DNA from: Octopus sinensis | Taxonomy: Eukaryota | Assembly: GCF_006345805.1 (NCBI RefSeq) | Contig: NW_021835989.1 | Coordinates: 124,001-188,000, forward strand | Direction: 5' to 3' | Length of the DNA: 64,000 nt | In this document: positions 37,590-52,173 of the stretch, in pieces | How positions within the stretch are numbered: the first letter of the stretch is position 1 | Layout: the number at the start of each line of letters is the position of its first letter | Program-made: the position numbers and the translations under genes | The notes under the pieces: model-generated | Told to the model about the DNA's origin: nothing | Databases searched by the model: none | Seen by the model: the letters and a program-made list of their open reading frames with translations, nothing else

Positions 37590-38720
37590 TGTCGTGAGGA
37601 GCGTCAAATTCAGATGCAACATAAGAGGGAGTTGTAGCCAAACTCGTATGTCCGTAGGCCGCAGCGGCATTGGTCTTTAGTCAAGACTGGTATATCAAGG
37701 CGCCGGGACCCTCCGATTTTCTTTGATTTGTCGTCTAGAAATTAGCCACTTGTCTCAAAGTGTTGGAATTACCAAAAACCGCTCAGATTTATTCATAACC
37801 AGACAAGTTTACCTTGGTCCATACGTTCTTGAATTTTTTGTATGTTTTGGCGTAGATTGGTGATGTCCATTAGATAGGCCAGTTGTATTAAATGGAATTT
37901 TTTGTTACGTAATTTGCCCTAAAATATATACATAAACCACACAACCTAATTTGAAGGTCACTGGGATTTCATACAAGAATAGTCTCTAAACCTGGCTATA
38001 GTCAATCCACTAATAACAAATTTATCAAACAAATCCAAATTAGCAAATCCATTCGAGTGAAAAAAATATCTTATCATGAGAATTTTGGTTCCAACTTCCT
38101 TCTCTTTGCTATTGATCCGCCTCCTTCCGCCAGATTCATGGGCCGGAATACAGCGTCTCTATCTTTGACAGGTTCCTCTAGTGTCTCGTGGTGGATGTTT
38201 CCTTTATTTGGTCGTTAATTGATCGCATGCTTCGCCGTTGTAGGCAAGAGTTTGTACTCCGGGCGCATGCTCTCCAGTGTTTTTTTGATTACGATTGTCT
38301 GGACATATGGACGCGTAGAGTCATTGACTTGTAGGGAGTTTTGGTAGAGCTAATCCACTAATAAATAATAATATTTAGTTAGTTAAGCGCTCTTTCTTGT
38401 AGCCCACAAAGAGTTTCGCTTGAGCCATGCATTTCGGCCATCTTCTCTGCCATCTTTGCCTACGCTGCCTTGTTTTTAGCCCTTATTCGGACAGCGTCCA
38501 AATCTTCTTTTGTCAGCAATTTTCTTCCGATTTTTGCGTAGTCTATTTTTAAACAAGTTGCGAGTATTGTTTTTTTGTCTTTTCGGAATTTATTACTTCC
38601 AGTGTGAAAATAATTTTTCATTATTTGTTCTCGAAATTGTGAATGACCGGAATAAGTGGAGAAAATTGGCTTATGAGACCTCCAAGGATCGGATAAGACT
38701 TAATTAGATAACTTAGCCCT
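37590..38720. mobile_element. Cluster of decayed LINE/RTE 3' fragments
   Basis: VNDRNKWRKLAYETSKDRIRLN at 38640-38705 is a typical RTE C-terminus. Other GC-richer remnants lie nearby. Confidence 0.4.
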
Positions 38721-39583
38721 ATGATTTTTCTGATTCAGATGTTGTAAATTTATTTAAGATATGTAGCCAGCATTTTTCTTAAAAAATGCCCATAGCATCA
38801 CGCAATAATAAGCCAAGTTTTTTCAATAGCAGTTACAAAAATCAATTTGATTATCAATAAAAACATTTTAAGAAACACAACAATACATATTATATTCTCG
38901 ATAAACCACAATTCAGAATGATAATGTATTCACATTTAATTAAATCAACTAAACAAATTTTTTTGAACCAAACTGTAGGTAACCAGAAAAAGACGAATTC
39001 GCTATTTAAACTGAAATGATTCCATTTTCAATTAATTCTGCAAATAAACATTAAACTACATCTCCAACTAGATTAAAGTTTACAGAGCTTCAAGAGTTTA
39101 CAGAGCTTGTTAGTAATTAAAAAAATCAACTCTATTATATCTTTGAAGCCTTTTTGTCAACTGCGTGTACTAAAAATACCTGATACGGGATCAGACCGCA
39201 GACATTTATTATCTCTAAAAGTAATCTTTAAGATATGAACTAATAAGAATTAAGCTATTCGTAAAAAATGACTTTTACAATACAGACTATCATTCTGTAA
39301 TGGTGAATCCAATGTTATATTTAAAGAATAAAAATATGTCCTTATTGATGAATTCTTTAAATTTTTATTCTCAGATTTTTGGTCATATAAACTAGTTTTT
39401 GTTATATTCGTTAAAAATTAATTCTGATTATTTCAAGGCAGTTAACCAATTTATATTCTTTGTTTTCAAACATTCCTGGCAATTAATTACTGAAGAGAAA
39501 TCCCGTTATTCGTTACTATTCGATATCTGTTAAGACTTCCTTAATTAGCGAATTATTCTAATTAAATTTAGTTGACACAATTA

Positions 39584-39867
39584 TTATATTTTATATAAAA
39601 GAAAAGCAAGTCTCCCGTAATAAAAATAAATAAAATGATTCTTACAATGAGTTACATAACTCCCAAATTCCTGCCCCACCACACATTGCCAATCGGACTG
39701 TGCAGGAGATCAAACTCATTTTTAATAAACATAGCAATGTCCCTCTCCGAATCACTCTGCTCTAATGCTCTCTGGCACATTCGATAGCTTTTGTTGAAGG
39801 GATTCCGACAATCTACAAGTCTTACTACAGGATGTCTATCTTCCAATACATTGTAGGAATTGGCCAT
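39584..39867 (-). CDS. Dynein light chain LC8-type
   Basis: [13 protein letters not shown]...[21 protein letters not shown] after correcting one indel. No intron seen. Confidence 0.85.
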
Positions 39868-41330
39868 AATTGCGATATTATTAATTTATGCTAATTCTTA
39901 ACGCAATTATATTCATCAAAAATATTCTTTTATATCACATAAATCGTATTGGTCTTAAATATTTTTATTATTATATTAATACTATTAAAGAGTAAAGTAT
40001 TAACTATATTTTCCGATCAATCAAATGTGTATCAATAATTGCTAAATTATATTGTTTAAATATATTTGATAACTCAGTGAAATATGACTGTCTCGTATTT
40101 TACGTGTGTGCCTTTAAATAGATTAATCATAACTTCCATTATATTAATATTATTTTATACTTCAGCAGAAATATTTGAATAAACACAAAAATAATATTCG
40201 AAGTAAACGATTACTTATTTCATTCGATTTTTAAAAAATCCGATAAAAAAATAAAATGTGCATATTGTTTTTGATATCAGAAAAAATTTTGTAAAATTCA
40301 TATCATTTAAATATTGTATTCTGCTAGATAATTTTTAAATTAATAATAAAATCTTTAAATTGACTAAGCAATTTAAAAGAATTTCTAGCTGACAAAGACA
40401 ATTTGAATAATAGGTTGTTTGCTACCTATAACTTGTCATAAAAATCAATAAATTAAAAAATAAATTCTAGTCGAGATAGTACTTAAAGAATATCATTTAG
40501 GTATAATATTATTTTAACCTATTTAATTACTATTGTAAATAAAAAAATTTCTGTAAATGTAAAAGTTGCTAAAAATCGGCTTATTTTTGTATTGAAATAC
40601 ACAAAAATATATTGTTTTACTAAAATTATCTTTTGATTGATAATTAGATAAATTTTAATTTTTATATTGATTTTAATATTGTGGAATAGGTTACTTTGCG
40701 CTTTAATTAAATGATTTAATATAAAAATGATCCACGAATCAATCAATTTCCTTAATTTCATGTAATTAAAACTACATGAAAAACGTTTGATTCTAAAGTG
40801 ATGGAATCTATTTAAAATTTCTGCATAAATAGTTTCGATCCCAACACAATTTTGACAATTTGTACGGTCAACCGAAATTGGTGGTTATTTAAACTTGTCG
40901 CAGATAATTTAAATCACAAAATAGTCACATAAATACCAAAAAATGGCAGCTCTGCATACCAGCATCCAAAGCCACAGCGCTCAAGCGCATATAATCGTGA
41001 AATATTGATTTAACGGCGAATACGCTACTTTCTCGTTGATATATGAATACATTATATTACAGAGATACATACGCTGTTTGGTAGTTTGTTTATCCTTGAT
41101 GTATGTACACTATGCGTTATTGGTTTATGTTAGTTTGTCTACGCGGATGCATTGTGTTTGAGTAAAGGATTATATTTGCTATATATGACGATATGTTGTA
41201 TTAGTATATAATGGCTACGCTTTGGTGCTGGCAAATGAACAGTAATTAGGTTGAGTAATTCAGGAATGATATTGTATTTACGGATTAAACACTAATTAAT
41301 GAATATTCTCATTCTTTTTAGGTATACAAC

Positions 41331-43979
41331 ATGGACAATCACAACTCCAAGAGAAATAAAGATTCTAAATGTCACTCAAATTGTGATTCAGAAAACCAAG
41401 TAACCTAAAACCAATCGCTCTAATTCCAATTTTATCACCGAGATAAACCTGATTCTATGGACGAATCTCCTGTAGCTCCTAATGAAAATCAAAAAACACA
41501 AAAAAATTCGAAATTTAGTGTCACTGATCTTGTCAATGAATCTGAACAAATTTTCCACAATTTTTCATTGTCAAAGATCATAAAATTATATCTTAAAGAC
41601 AAAACTGTTCTTAATGATATTTCCTCCTATGTGACAAAGCTCGAACAAAGTCAAATTAATCACGTGCTTACCGAAATGAAGCCTTTGAAGTTGCCGCCTG
41701 ATACTTCCTTCAAAGATTTAGAAAATAAAAAAGAATTTAACTCTCTCGAGTATTCTCCGAATGCATTTCCTCATATTGCTTATGCTCTGGAATGCCCTCT
41801 GATAAACGGGGACCAGATTTATGAGTATCAAGTCGAAACCAATGCCGTCTGGTTCATCAGAGTTCTCGAAATAGAATATCCGCTAATCAAAGCTCAGTTT
41901 TTAGGGGACAAAGAAACTTTTTCCATTAAAATTGACTCACCGAAAATCAAACAACTTTACCACGGAGGAGAAAACGGCCTACTTTATCGATATCCTCCGT
42001 TCATGGATGGCAAAAACATGCAAGAAGAGATTGCACAGACTTTGACGGATTGTTATTCGTTTAAAGATGAATTCCTTATAAAAGTATTTCTCTCGCATTA
42101 TTCTTAGAAAAATATATTTACATGGAGCTCTCAGGGTCTTGTGGGAAGATACATGGAGGTGAAGCACAGGAGAAGACACTTGTCTATGGTTTGGTTCGCA
42201 CAGATCATAAAAAACGTTGGAGGATATTTATTGCTGAGATGGATATGCCCGAATAAAAAATTCCGTGAATTTTGGATTTTTTGCACTTCGCATAGACTTT
42301 GCCCTGTTGGGTATGGTGCACAGAATAATGTTGAATATGGATTCCCCAAAATGGAAGGTATGTTGACTGAATACTTATTTTTGGAGGATTCAAAACGTTT
42401 GAGATATCTTTGGGGTTTATATTTGTGTGTTTTTTATTTTTGAATACAGAAGTGCTTTCTGTGCCAGCATTTCTATTTGAGGTAGCCTAAAATTTCTAAC
42501 TTGGTTTAGATTCCCTTTGAAGTAACCGTTCATAAACTAAAAGTTGGAATGGCAGTCGAGGCTTTGGATTTGAAGACCAGACAGATTCTCTTTCCAGCAA
42601 AAATTAGCGAAATAATCGACCACACGTGCATTAAAATCGATTCAATCGAATCTGGTACAAAAATTGAATCTTTTTATTCTCTTTCTGATGGAATCTTTCC
42701 TGTTGAGTTTTCTGTAGACCACAAACTGCCTCTTACGTTTTCTGATGGTTGTGCTTGGTGGTCTCATGTTAAAGGACCAGAAAACTTTTCAGTGGAGTAA
42801 ATATACAGGGATTGGAAAGGGACTTGAAAGAGCTCCAAAATCGATTACAAGAACAAAAATAATTAAAAAAAACTATTTCTTTCAGTTCAAGAAAAAGCCT
42901 GGATTCGAACCCGGGATGAAGCTTCAAGTGATTAATCCTACGAATAATCAAATTGTCTGCCCAGCAACGATCCTCAAAGTTGCTGGACATTTGATTTTTG
43001 TCAAAATAAACGAGGAATCGCCCTTGATGTATTCAGTCTACAGTCCTCAAGTCCTCCCCTTTGGGTGGGCTGAATCAAACGGTTATCCACTCAGTCAGCC
43101 ACAATTGCCATCCTTATGTGAACAAGATAGAAGTATACTGTTGAAAGCCCTTTTATCAAATATGTTGGACGACCACGTGGAAATTAGGAGAATTGATGAC
43201 CTTTGGAGTCCTGAGATCTTCATTAATGCTCATTGCTACTCAGGGAAGTACCTTTATGTGTCAGAAATACTTCGAATTCCCAAAATAATTGGACCTGGGC
43301 CAATTTGTTTGGTCCTTAAGTCACTATATGAGTATATTCTTAAATGTACATCAAATTTTAAACGTCTGAACGGAATTTTAAGTGTTTTCGGAGATTTAAC
43401 CAGTTCAATACAGATATCCGTAAAAAAGTATTTTTGAATTTATGTACTTAATAAACAGTAAATTCGACAGTTTTCACAAGTTTGAGGTCTGTGATTCTGC
43501 GGGACAACTGAGTCACTTTCTACTCAAATTGTGTCTAAAGTTAAAAGTTTGTCCGAATTTAATATCCCTCGTCGATTTATCAGGAAAACCTTGTTTACTA
43601 TGTAAATTTAAATAAATTAAATTAACAAGGCAACCCCAAAATTACAAAATCCAAGAAACGCAAAAAAGATTTCTCAATTCCTGAGATCTGCTCCAAGCCT
43701 AAGAGAAAAATCGAATGTAGTCAAACTCTGCCACTTTCTGAGGAAAATAAAAATTCCCTACTAAAAGACCCACGGGACTGGACCTGTGAGAATTTGATAA
43801 AGTACATCGAGTCTACGAAATGCCGGAATGTGGCTCCCGTGCTGAGATACCAGAATTTTGACGGACAGTCGTTTCTCTTATTGAACAAACGAACGTTGAA
43901 GGATTCCCTGTGTCTCAAAGACACAATTTCGGACGCCCTTCTGAAGATCATCAACGAACTGAGAAACTCCTACTATTAA
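41331..43979 (+). CDS. SFMBT-like Polycomb protein (MBT repeats, SLED, SAM)
   Basis: MBT motifs LKVGMAVEALD, FEPGMKLQVI..PATI..PFGWAE..GYPL; SLED CYSGKYL..IPKIIGPGPI; C-terminal SAM PRDWT..FDGQSFLLL. Confidence 0.85.
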
Positions 43980-44959
43980 GACGATCATTTATTTTTATTT
44001 ATATTTTTATCGATTTTCTTTGTATTACAAAGATGCATAGACTTGGTTATATATAAGAATTTGTCAAAATCATCAACATTCTCTTGACAGCTTTTTTTGA
44101 GGGACTGTTGGGAGTTATATTAAGAATGAGTAGGCGTTTAACACACAGTGGTGGTTCCAGTGATATTTTTGTGAACAAGTAAGAGAGGACAGAACTATCT
44201 TTTTTCATATAAAACAATTTTAAATAAATCTGAACAGTCAAAGAATTAAATGTAGGAAATTGGGGCAGTAAGAAATGCTCCAATGAACTAATTTCAGGTA
44301 TAAAAAGTTTTTAGACACTGAAAAGTGACTTATAAAATGTGAATTGACTGATTTACCGAAACCGGTGAAGAATTTTCTCACTCGAATAGACCAATAAAGA
44401 AGCAATGGCGCTTTACATCGGACTTGAAACTTCCGTTTGAAAAAAAGCGTTTGACAGTATATCTTACATGGACTGATTATAACGTAGATCTTCTTTCTGG
44501 TATTTGTTGACGTACAAAAAAAGATCAGAGAAATTGTGGGTTATTAATTCAGTGCGGTTTTAATTTGATTACTTAAAGGTGATAGACTCGAACTGTGGAA
44601 GGCCAAAATGCAATGAAAAATTATAAATTGATATTAATAAGTGAACAAAACATTGTAGATTACTCACAAGACCTTGGGAATCAAGGATTTAATGGAGAAA
44701 TGATGACTAATATGTATGAACTATATTCATACGAAAGAATTGTATTTTTGTTAATCTTAATACATTTCAAATGAGATTAGTCCCAACAAGATAGCTCTGA
44801 TAATGGTCCTAGCAAAAATCACTTCAATCTCTATTGGAAACGTAAATTCGGATTTGATTTTATACGACTTAACCATTATTATTAAAAGCACGTTCACAGA
44901 ACCAAAGAATGTAAATTAATTAAAATTCCGTTTGTGCCACACGTTTCGAGATTCTATTC

Positions 44960-45560
44960 ACCAAACTTCTTCATCGGTATTTGTTTTTCGCGTCTGTTCG
45001 TTGTTCTTCTAGGTCTTTCCCACATTTGAGTTTTTTCCCAATTTTATTAAGATCCTTGTTTAGAACAACAGAGAAAGTGACTCCAGGTCTTTTATTGAAC
45101 GATTTCTTGCTTTCAGTGTCAAAGTAATTGTCCATTGTAATGCTTGCGGGAGTGTTTATGTCCATTCTAAGTACATGCCTAAATAGCCTCCATCTTGATT
45201 CGATAATTTTTGTGCTTATTGAAACCGATTGTGTCATAGAGTAAAATTTCTTGTTTGAAATTTTCTTTGGCCAATCTAGGTCGAGTAAATTTCGTAATGG
45301 CTTTTGATGAAATGTGTCCATTTTCTTGAGTTCTAACTCTGACTTCCCATGTACACGAGTTGTAGGCAAGTAACGGCTTTATATACGAGTTGTATAACCT
45401 TATTTGTAACTTTTTTGATTAGCTTTGGTCGACTCCATATTTTTTGCATTTTATTATACATTGCACTGGCTAGGACTCTTCTATACACCATGTCCTCACC
45501 ATCACCAAGTAGGGATCTCAGTTTCCTTTTTTCCCCAGTTTTCATCAATGTATTTTAATT
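44960..45560 (-). mobile_element. RTE/RTEX-like LINE 3' fragment
   Basis: FHQKPLRNLLDLDWPKKISN..RWRLFRHVLRM motif. Confidence 0.75.
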
Positions 45561-45815
45561 CCCTTGTGATTCTTATATGTTCAACTCAGTAATATTTTCT
45601 AAAAAATGATTTTTAGGAATATTCATTATCGACAACTGAGTTATTAAATCACAGAATCCCCTACAAGCGAACAGGAACCACGGCGATCTCAAAAAGGATT
45701 CTGGAAAGAGACGTTTTCTTGGTCACATATACAGACGTAAAATCTTGAGTACTAACTTATCTTAAAAAATGAATTAAAAGAATAAATCAAAAAAGCACGA
45801 CAAATATTCAAAAAT

Positions 45816-46418
45816 CTACTCGTCATTGGCCATTTCAGCAATAGGGTTGGCATGTATAGTGACAGAGAGGATAGAAATATCATCCAAAGGACGGTGTGTC
45901 TTCTCATCCACTTCCACCTGCTCCATCTGTTGGAGAGTGCCGAATCCGTCAATCAGTCTCAAATATGCTTCAAATGCCATACTTTCCAAACACGCTGTAT
46001 TTCATGTCTAAGGATGTTTGTTTGGAATAGGTTATAAAGAATTGAGATTTGTTGGTATTAGACCCACTGTTGGCCATGGACAGCACTCCACGGGAGGCGT
46101 GCTTCAGAGTCCTCTTGAATTCGTCCTCGATGGGACTCCCCCAGATGCTCTGACCGCCCTTTCCAGTCCCTTTCTTGTGGGTTTCATTAAAGTGAACCTG
46201 AAGGGTCGCCACCCTGAACAATGAAACCCTTATATTTCTGTGGAAAATGCAGTGATTGTAATATTCAGAGGCGCAGAGAGCCAGGAAGTTCTACAATTTT
46301 TATTTTTTGAACGTGGCATAGTTTTGGACAATCTTCACAAAAAAGTTCAAATTTTAAGTCTCCGAGTGATGTATGAAGGGTACATGACTGTTTTAATTAA
46401 TGCACCACAGCAAACCAT
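45816..46418 (-). CDS. PPIL3: Peptidyl-prolyl isomerase-like 3 (cyclophilin)
   Basis: M|SCTLHTSLGDLKFELFCEDCPKLCH|NFLALCASEYY..FHRNI..GDPS|GTGKGGQSIWG..MANSG..SQFFITY..VTIHANPIA. The first exon is the ATG only. Confidence 0.92.
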
Positions 46419-46858
46419 TTGAAATAAAAATATTTATTTAGTTTGTTTATATAAAAAAATATAAATTTAAATAAGACCAATCGGAAATGCAAACTAAATC
46501 ATATTTTTTCTTTACAAAGAACTTAACATACAAGGCAACGTCTCTCCTGGGGGACATCTTAGCCAAATCAATGGTCAGGTAACGGTCTGCCTAATACTTC
46601 CGGGCATGTGGTTCATAATCTCCTATGAGATAAGGAAAATTCTGCGGTTCTTACTAGATATCAAAAATTATTTAAAGATAAATAATTTTTCATTAATAGG
46701 CAATTTTCCGTATACTTAGTCAGATAATTCGGTAAAATTGTAAATCTAAAAGACCACATTGTCCTATTAATTTATTTATTATTAATTTAAATTATTTACT
46801 AATTATTTATTGAAAATATAATCAATTTTGCGTAGTATTCCAAAACTTATATTAAAAA

Positions 46859-49656
46859 ATGCCCTACAGTAATGGAATGGAAAACCTAATAACAGTCATC
46901 GACAAAATACAAAATGCCTTTACATGTTCTTCTCTGCCCTGCAATCTCGATCTCCCTCAAATCGTCGTCGTCGGCTGCCAAAGTGCAGGCAAAAGCAGCG
47001 TATTAGAAAATTTTGTCGGAAGGTTTTGTACATAAAATCATATTTTTAGAGATTTTCTGCCACGGGGGACTGGAATTGTGACCCGAAGACCTCTGGTTCT
47101 TCAGCTGATCAACTCCGATGAAGGTTATACATGTCATAATGCACAGAATATGGCGAATTTTTGCACAACTCAAGCAAATACTTCAACTTTAACGATATTC
47201 GAACTGAAATTGAAGCAGAAACAACGAGATCTTGTGGAACCAACAAAGATGTTTCCGACGTTCCAATAAACCTAAAAATATTTTCCCCAACGGTAAAAAA
47301 ATCAAAAATAAACATTTTAGTGATTGATTTAACTTTGGTCGACCTTCCAGGACTCACAAAAATTGCTGTGGCGGGACAAACCACGAGGTCATTGGGGTAA
47401 TAAGGAAAATGGTCCTCAAATTTATCGAAAACCCAAACAGTCTCATTTTGGCTGTCACCCCTGCCACGACTGACTTGGCCAACTCTGACGCCTTGCAATC
47501 GCAAAGGAAGTGGACCCTCTCGGACCCGCACTATTGGGGTCATTACTAAGCTTGATATGATGGACACGGAAACCAATGCACGGGATATTTTGGAAAATAA
47601 ACTCCACCTTTGAAAAGAGGTTGGATATGTGATTTATTTTAGGATATGTCGGGGTGGTTAATCGTAGTCAGCAAGATATCGAACAAAATATTCCGATTGC
47701 TGTCGCCCACAAAAAAGAACGTCACTTTTTTAACAACCATCCTTCATATAAGTACTAATACTACATGATACTATTATTAGACATATGGCTGATCGAATGG
47801 GAACAGAATTTTTACAAAAAACGTTAAATCAACAACTTTTACAACACATTTTTACTGTCCTTCCTTCGCTGCGACAAAAAATATCTGAAAACCTGAATGT
47901 TTTAGAATCGCAAGTAAAGGAAATCGAATCAAGGGGAGGTTCAATGTCCCACAAGTTATTGATATGGTTATTTTTGCGTATTTCTTTATTAATAGCGCAA
48001 TCGAGGAGTTTTCTACTATTTTGTCCGACAATATAATGTCTACGCATACGACTGCGTTGGTTAATGCTCAAAGATTGTCGATTGGAGCTACAATAAATCG
48101 ATGCTTTTTTAAAACCCTTCCAACAAATTACAAAAAGTTATTATTATATTTAACAGATATTTGATGAAAATAGTAATCAAATTCTCCAAAATATACGTCT
48201 AGCTATTCAAAACGTGCATGGCGTCAAGTTAGTGATTTAATGTCTATACAGAACTGGACTTCATACACCAGATTTGGCATTTGAAATGATTGTCAAAATG
48301 GATTTTGAAAAAAGCGCCATTCCTATTAAATCCTGCTTGGAGGAAGTCTACAATTTTACTAATCTCGCAATCGAGGAAGCTCACAAAACGGTTTGTAAAA
48401 AATTATTCCATTCAGTTTGAGGAATTTCCATATTTGCAGTCGGCAGTGGCACGGATTGTGTTAAATGCACTGAATGTACCACCAGAGACGCTGAGTCAAA
48501 TTGAGCTCAATATAGATTTTCATTTGAATTATATCAACACAAACCATCCTGATTTTATCGGAGTTCCCACGTATTTTTATTTTTTTTTCAATTTCAGGCA
48601 GAAACATAAACGAGAAGAACGTACAGGACCGGTTTGTTTAATTACAATAAATTAGCTTACTCAAAAAAGGGGTACATTACAATAAGCAATTTGTTGACGA
48701 CAAAAATAAAGGACACGTTTATTATGCCGCATTGGTCACCGGAAACCTTGTGTTATACAAAGATGAAGATGTAAATTTTATATTTCATTTTGATTAGGAA
48801 AAGACAAAAACTGTCGATTTCTGTCACTAAACTTCGTTATCAAATTCCTGAAGATTTTAGCACACTTTCACAATTTGTCTTGTCGGATATGACATCAAGT
48901 TCATAGGGAGTTATATTATTTTAGGGGATGTATATTTAGGGACTTGAAAATCCTCCATTTCCAGTGTTCCATTTTAGTGAGTGTAACGATTGGTTGGTTG
49001 CCCTCATCGAAATTGGACTGAGGCCGCTCGATCCAGCAAATCAAGTCGAATTATATGTTTGATATTTCTAGAATTCGTATGATTTAGAAAGAGGTGTAAA
49101 TGACGTTAAGAGTGTGTTGAGTCATATATATATTTTATGAAAAATTATTCTCGACATTATTCCAAAAATATTTTTCATTGTTTTCTTAGCAAAGTCGAAA
49201 TATTTTTAATTCCTAGATTGTGAAGTATTGCAAAAAAGGTTTAATTGCTGAATTATATTCCCAATGGCCGATTGTATATTAAATAATTATATTATTAATA
49301 GGAAGAACTGCTAAACAATCTCCAGAAAAACTCGCTCATGATCAAGAAATCGTCAGACTCTACCAGGCCACCAAGAAGCCGCTGAATATATTAAAATGTT
49401 CACAACGAAGTCACACAAAATCAAATTAAATTTCCGACTTCTCGGTCACTGTCAACTTTTTGTGAATTTCTAGACACTCAAATAATTTAGTTTCTTCTGG
49501 CAATCACAAAATGCGTCTAAAGACACATTATTCACTTTAGATCAACAGGAAAATAATATTCAGTTTTAATTTTTTGGTAATTTTTTAGAAATCCACTTCC
49601 ACTGCCTCCGTAAGATTATTTTGTTTTAATTAGATAGTCGCCCCAATAGAAAATGA
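46859..49656 (+). CDS. Classical dynamin (GTPase, stalk, PH, GED)
   Basis: [24 protein letters not shown]|[32 protein letters not shown] and a PH-like KKGYITI block. Many 20-29 nt introns. The 3' end is approximate. Confidence 0.93.
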
Positions 49657-50324
49657 ATTTTTCATTAAAAATTAATCATACTAACTCTAACTAATCATTT
49701 TTAATTGGTAGACATTTTCAAATCACACCTTGAATTTTTGATTAACTTTTTTGTGTTTTTTAAAAGAAACGCAGTCTTTTTTCGAATAGCTCCCTCAATA
49801 AAAATGACATCCAAACAATGATATAATAATAATATAAATTTGACACAATTAGCAAACTATGCAACAAATCTCGAACTTTTTCCCTCTACAACTTTAATAA
49901 TCTCCAAGAACAATAAATCAATAACAATTGGTATTTACAAAAATCGACGAGTCGGATATTATAACCATATTTCAGATGCTGTCAAGCTGGTAAATTTGCA
50001 ACTATTCGCAGAATTAACTTTGTAGCATTTACCTAACACAGTGACGAGAGTAGATTAAAGGTCTATATTTAATTAGATCATATTCCGGAAATGACATTTA
50101 TACAGGGTCTACATGTTTCCCACTGAGAAGATTGGGCTACTTATTACACATTATAGAATTCTGAAAATACCGCATGCATCCAAAATTTTTTTTAAAAGCG
50201 GTTTTTATCATTGCGTTTTATTATTAAACACTGATTAACTATATACAACCTGCTGTTTTTAATCTACCTTGAAGCCCCTTTTGCGATAGCTGAAAAGTTC
50301 ACTGAATTAATTCACGCTGATGAC

Positions 50325-52173
50325 TAGGGCGATTTTTTTTAACCTGAAAAATAAAAATTTTAACCTAAAAACTTTAACTTTATTAACCTAAAAACTAAAA
50401 ATTAACCCAAAAATTTAACTTTATAAATAAACAAAAAAACACTAAAACTGTTTGTTGCACATACAAATTACATAATTTTCTAAATTTTCTTGTAGAAAAT
50501 TTCGGTTGGATCTTAGAAAACTCTTTATTAGAGAGAAAGTTCTTTCAACCGAGCACGAGGTCGGCTGACAATTCAGAAGTAATGCATACTCGGCAGGAGA
50601 TATTTGTGAATTAGTCATTTTAATTATATTCGAAATATCGTTTGTTTTAATCCTTTAATTATGTATTCTTTGATAAATTTGTTGTCATTCCCAAATTCCA
50701 ACGATTCTAAACAATAATATGCTTGTTCAATTGTGAAGCGCGTACTTTCAAATTTCGTAATAATATCTGCAATAGCGACATTTACTCGAAAACCTGGAAT
50801 GTTTGAATAGCTTCGGATAAGGTCACATAGACTGCTCACTAATACATGGTTTCGAAGACTTTCTTTGGCTGTTCGAACTAGATATCCATCATCCGCGAAT
50901 GATTCGAAAATATTTTGTACTCCAATCAGATTTTCTGAATAGTAAGTAGCGGCCTTAAGCCAACTCCCCCATCTTGTCAAATGCACACGAGGTGGAATGG
51001 CGATGTTTCTGTTTTTAAATATTCGTTTTCTTGTATTGTTCTTGTTAATTGCTGCTTGTACAGTAGCAATCATCAAATCAATTTCCGGATAGGAAGCTTT
51101 TATTTTCTCACAACAATTGTGTAATAGATGAACAGTACATGTGACATGGAATAACTTGGGGTACAGATTGTTAAGTATTTTGCCAGCTAAAACTTAAACA
51201 TGAAATTTTACCTGATTTCATATAATTTGCGGCATCCGAAATTAACAAAAGGAAATTTTCCCTTTGAACCAAATTATTCCGAAGTACATCGTCGACTATT
51301 TGAGCAATGATGTGCTTGTTAGGAGCAGATTCAACCGGCATAAACGATATCAGATATGTTGTTTCAGGAGAATTTAACGATCCAATCATCACAGCAACGT
51401 ATCTGTGGCCACGAATTTGTGTTTCATCCGCAATAGCAAAAACCTTTTGATCGCTACAAAATAAAGTAAATTTTTATACACAATTTTTTGTTGAATTATC
51501 AATTTTTGCTCAATTATGATTTGATTGACACAGCTTCTAGCCTTCGATGGTGAGGGTACTCGCACAGAACCTCCGTAAAACAATTCTCTAAGCCATGGCA
51601 TAGATAGTTTGTTTAGCGGAATATCGGATTTAATGAATGCTCTGGTTACTTGTAGAGCCCAATCATCATTTTTGGCATATTGGTCAATATTTGTTTGGTG
51701 TGATGTGGTCAGATAATCTACAAAAAATAATTTTTATTTCGAATAAACTCAATGAATTTTGATGTTTCTGTGAGGATCGATGAGAATTTACAAAATGCCT
51801 TTTTTCGCATTTAATATTACACAAACAGAGACGACAATATAATACACCATCCTCAAGAATCATAAATTCTTGCGGATAATCCTTAACAATGGCTTTAGCT
51901 TTGATTTGATACGATTTTGCTATCTTAGGCATGTCAACCAAAAATTTTTGTTACAAAATGTATTATTAATTGTTAATTTAAAAAATTAATAAATTATATC
52001 AAAAATTATAAGGTTAAAATAATTTTAACCTTATAATTTTAAATTTTAACTTTTTAACCTAATAATAATGTTTAATATGCATTTATTTATAATAAAATAT
52101 AGTTAAAAAATCATTTAAATTATTATTTATTTACTATTATTAAATTTTAACTTTTTTAACTTAGTTCGCCCTA
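50325..52173 (-). mobile_element. hAT DNA transposon, apparently complete (CGGBP-related transposase)
   Basis: TIR TAGGGCGA...TCGCCCTA; 8-bp TSD CTGATGAC (50317-50324 and 52174-52181); TTAACC subterminal repeats. Confidence 0.95.
50442..51932 (-). CDS. hAT transposase, ~460 aa, 5 exons
   Basis: Zinc finger CxxC..H..H, ADET, SDAANYM, CTVH, TRWGSW and SCSVERTFS. Introns at 51718-51748, 51454-51479, 51187-51211 and 50767-50793. One homopolymer indel near 50655. Confidence 0.88.

Noticed and set aside
40960-41231. MITE-like inverted repeat CCAGCA(T)CCAAAGC...GCTTTGGTGCTGG
   Set aside because: Short, imperfect, with no TSD and no second copy in the window.
42896-42916. tRNA T-arm-like GGTTCGAATCC on the minus strand
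   Set aside because: It lies in an MBT coding exon (PGFEPGMKL) and there is no cloverleaf.
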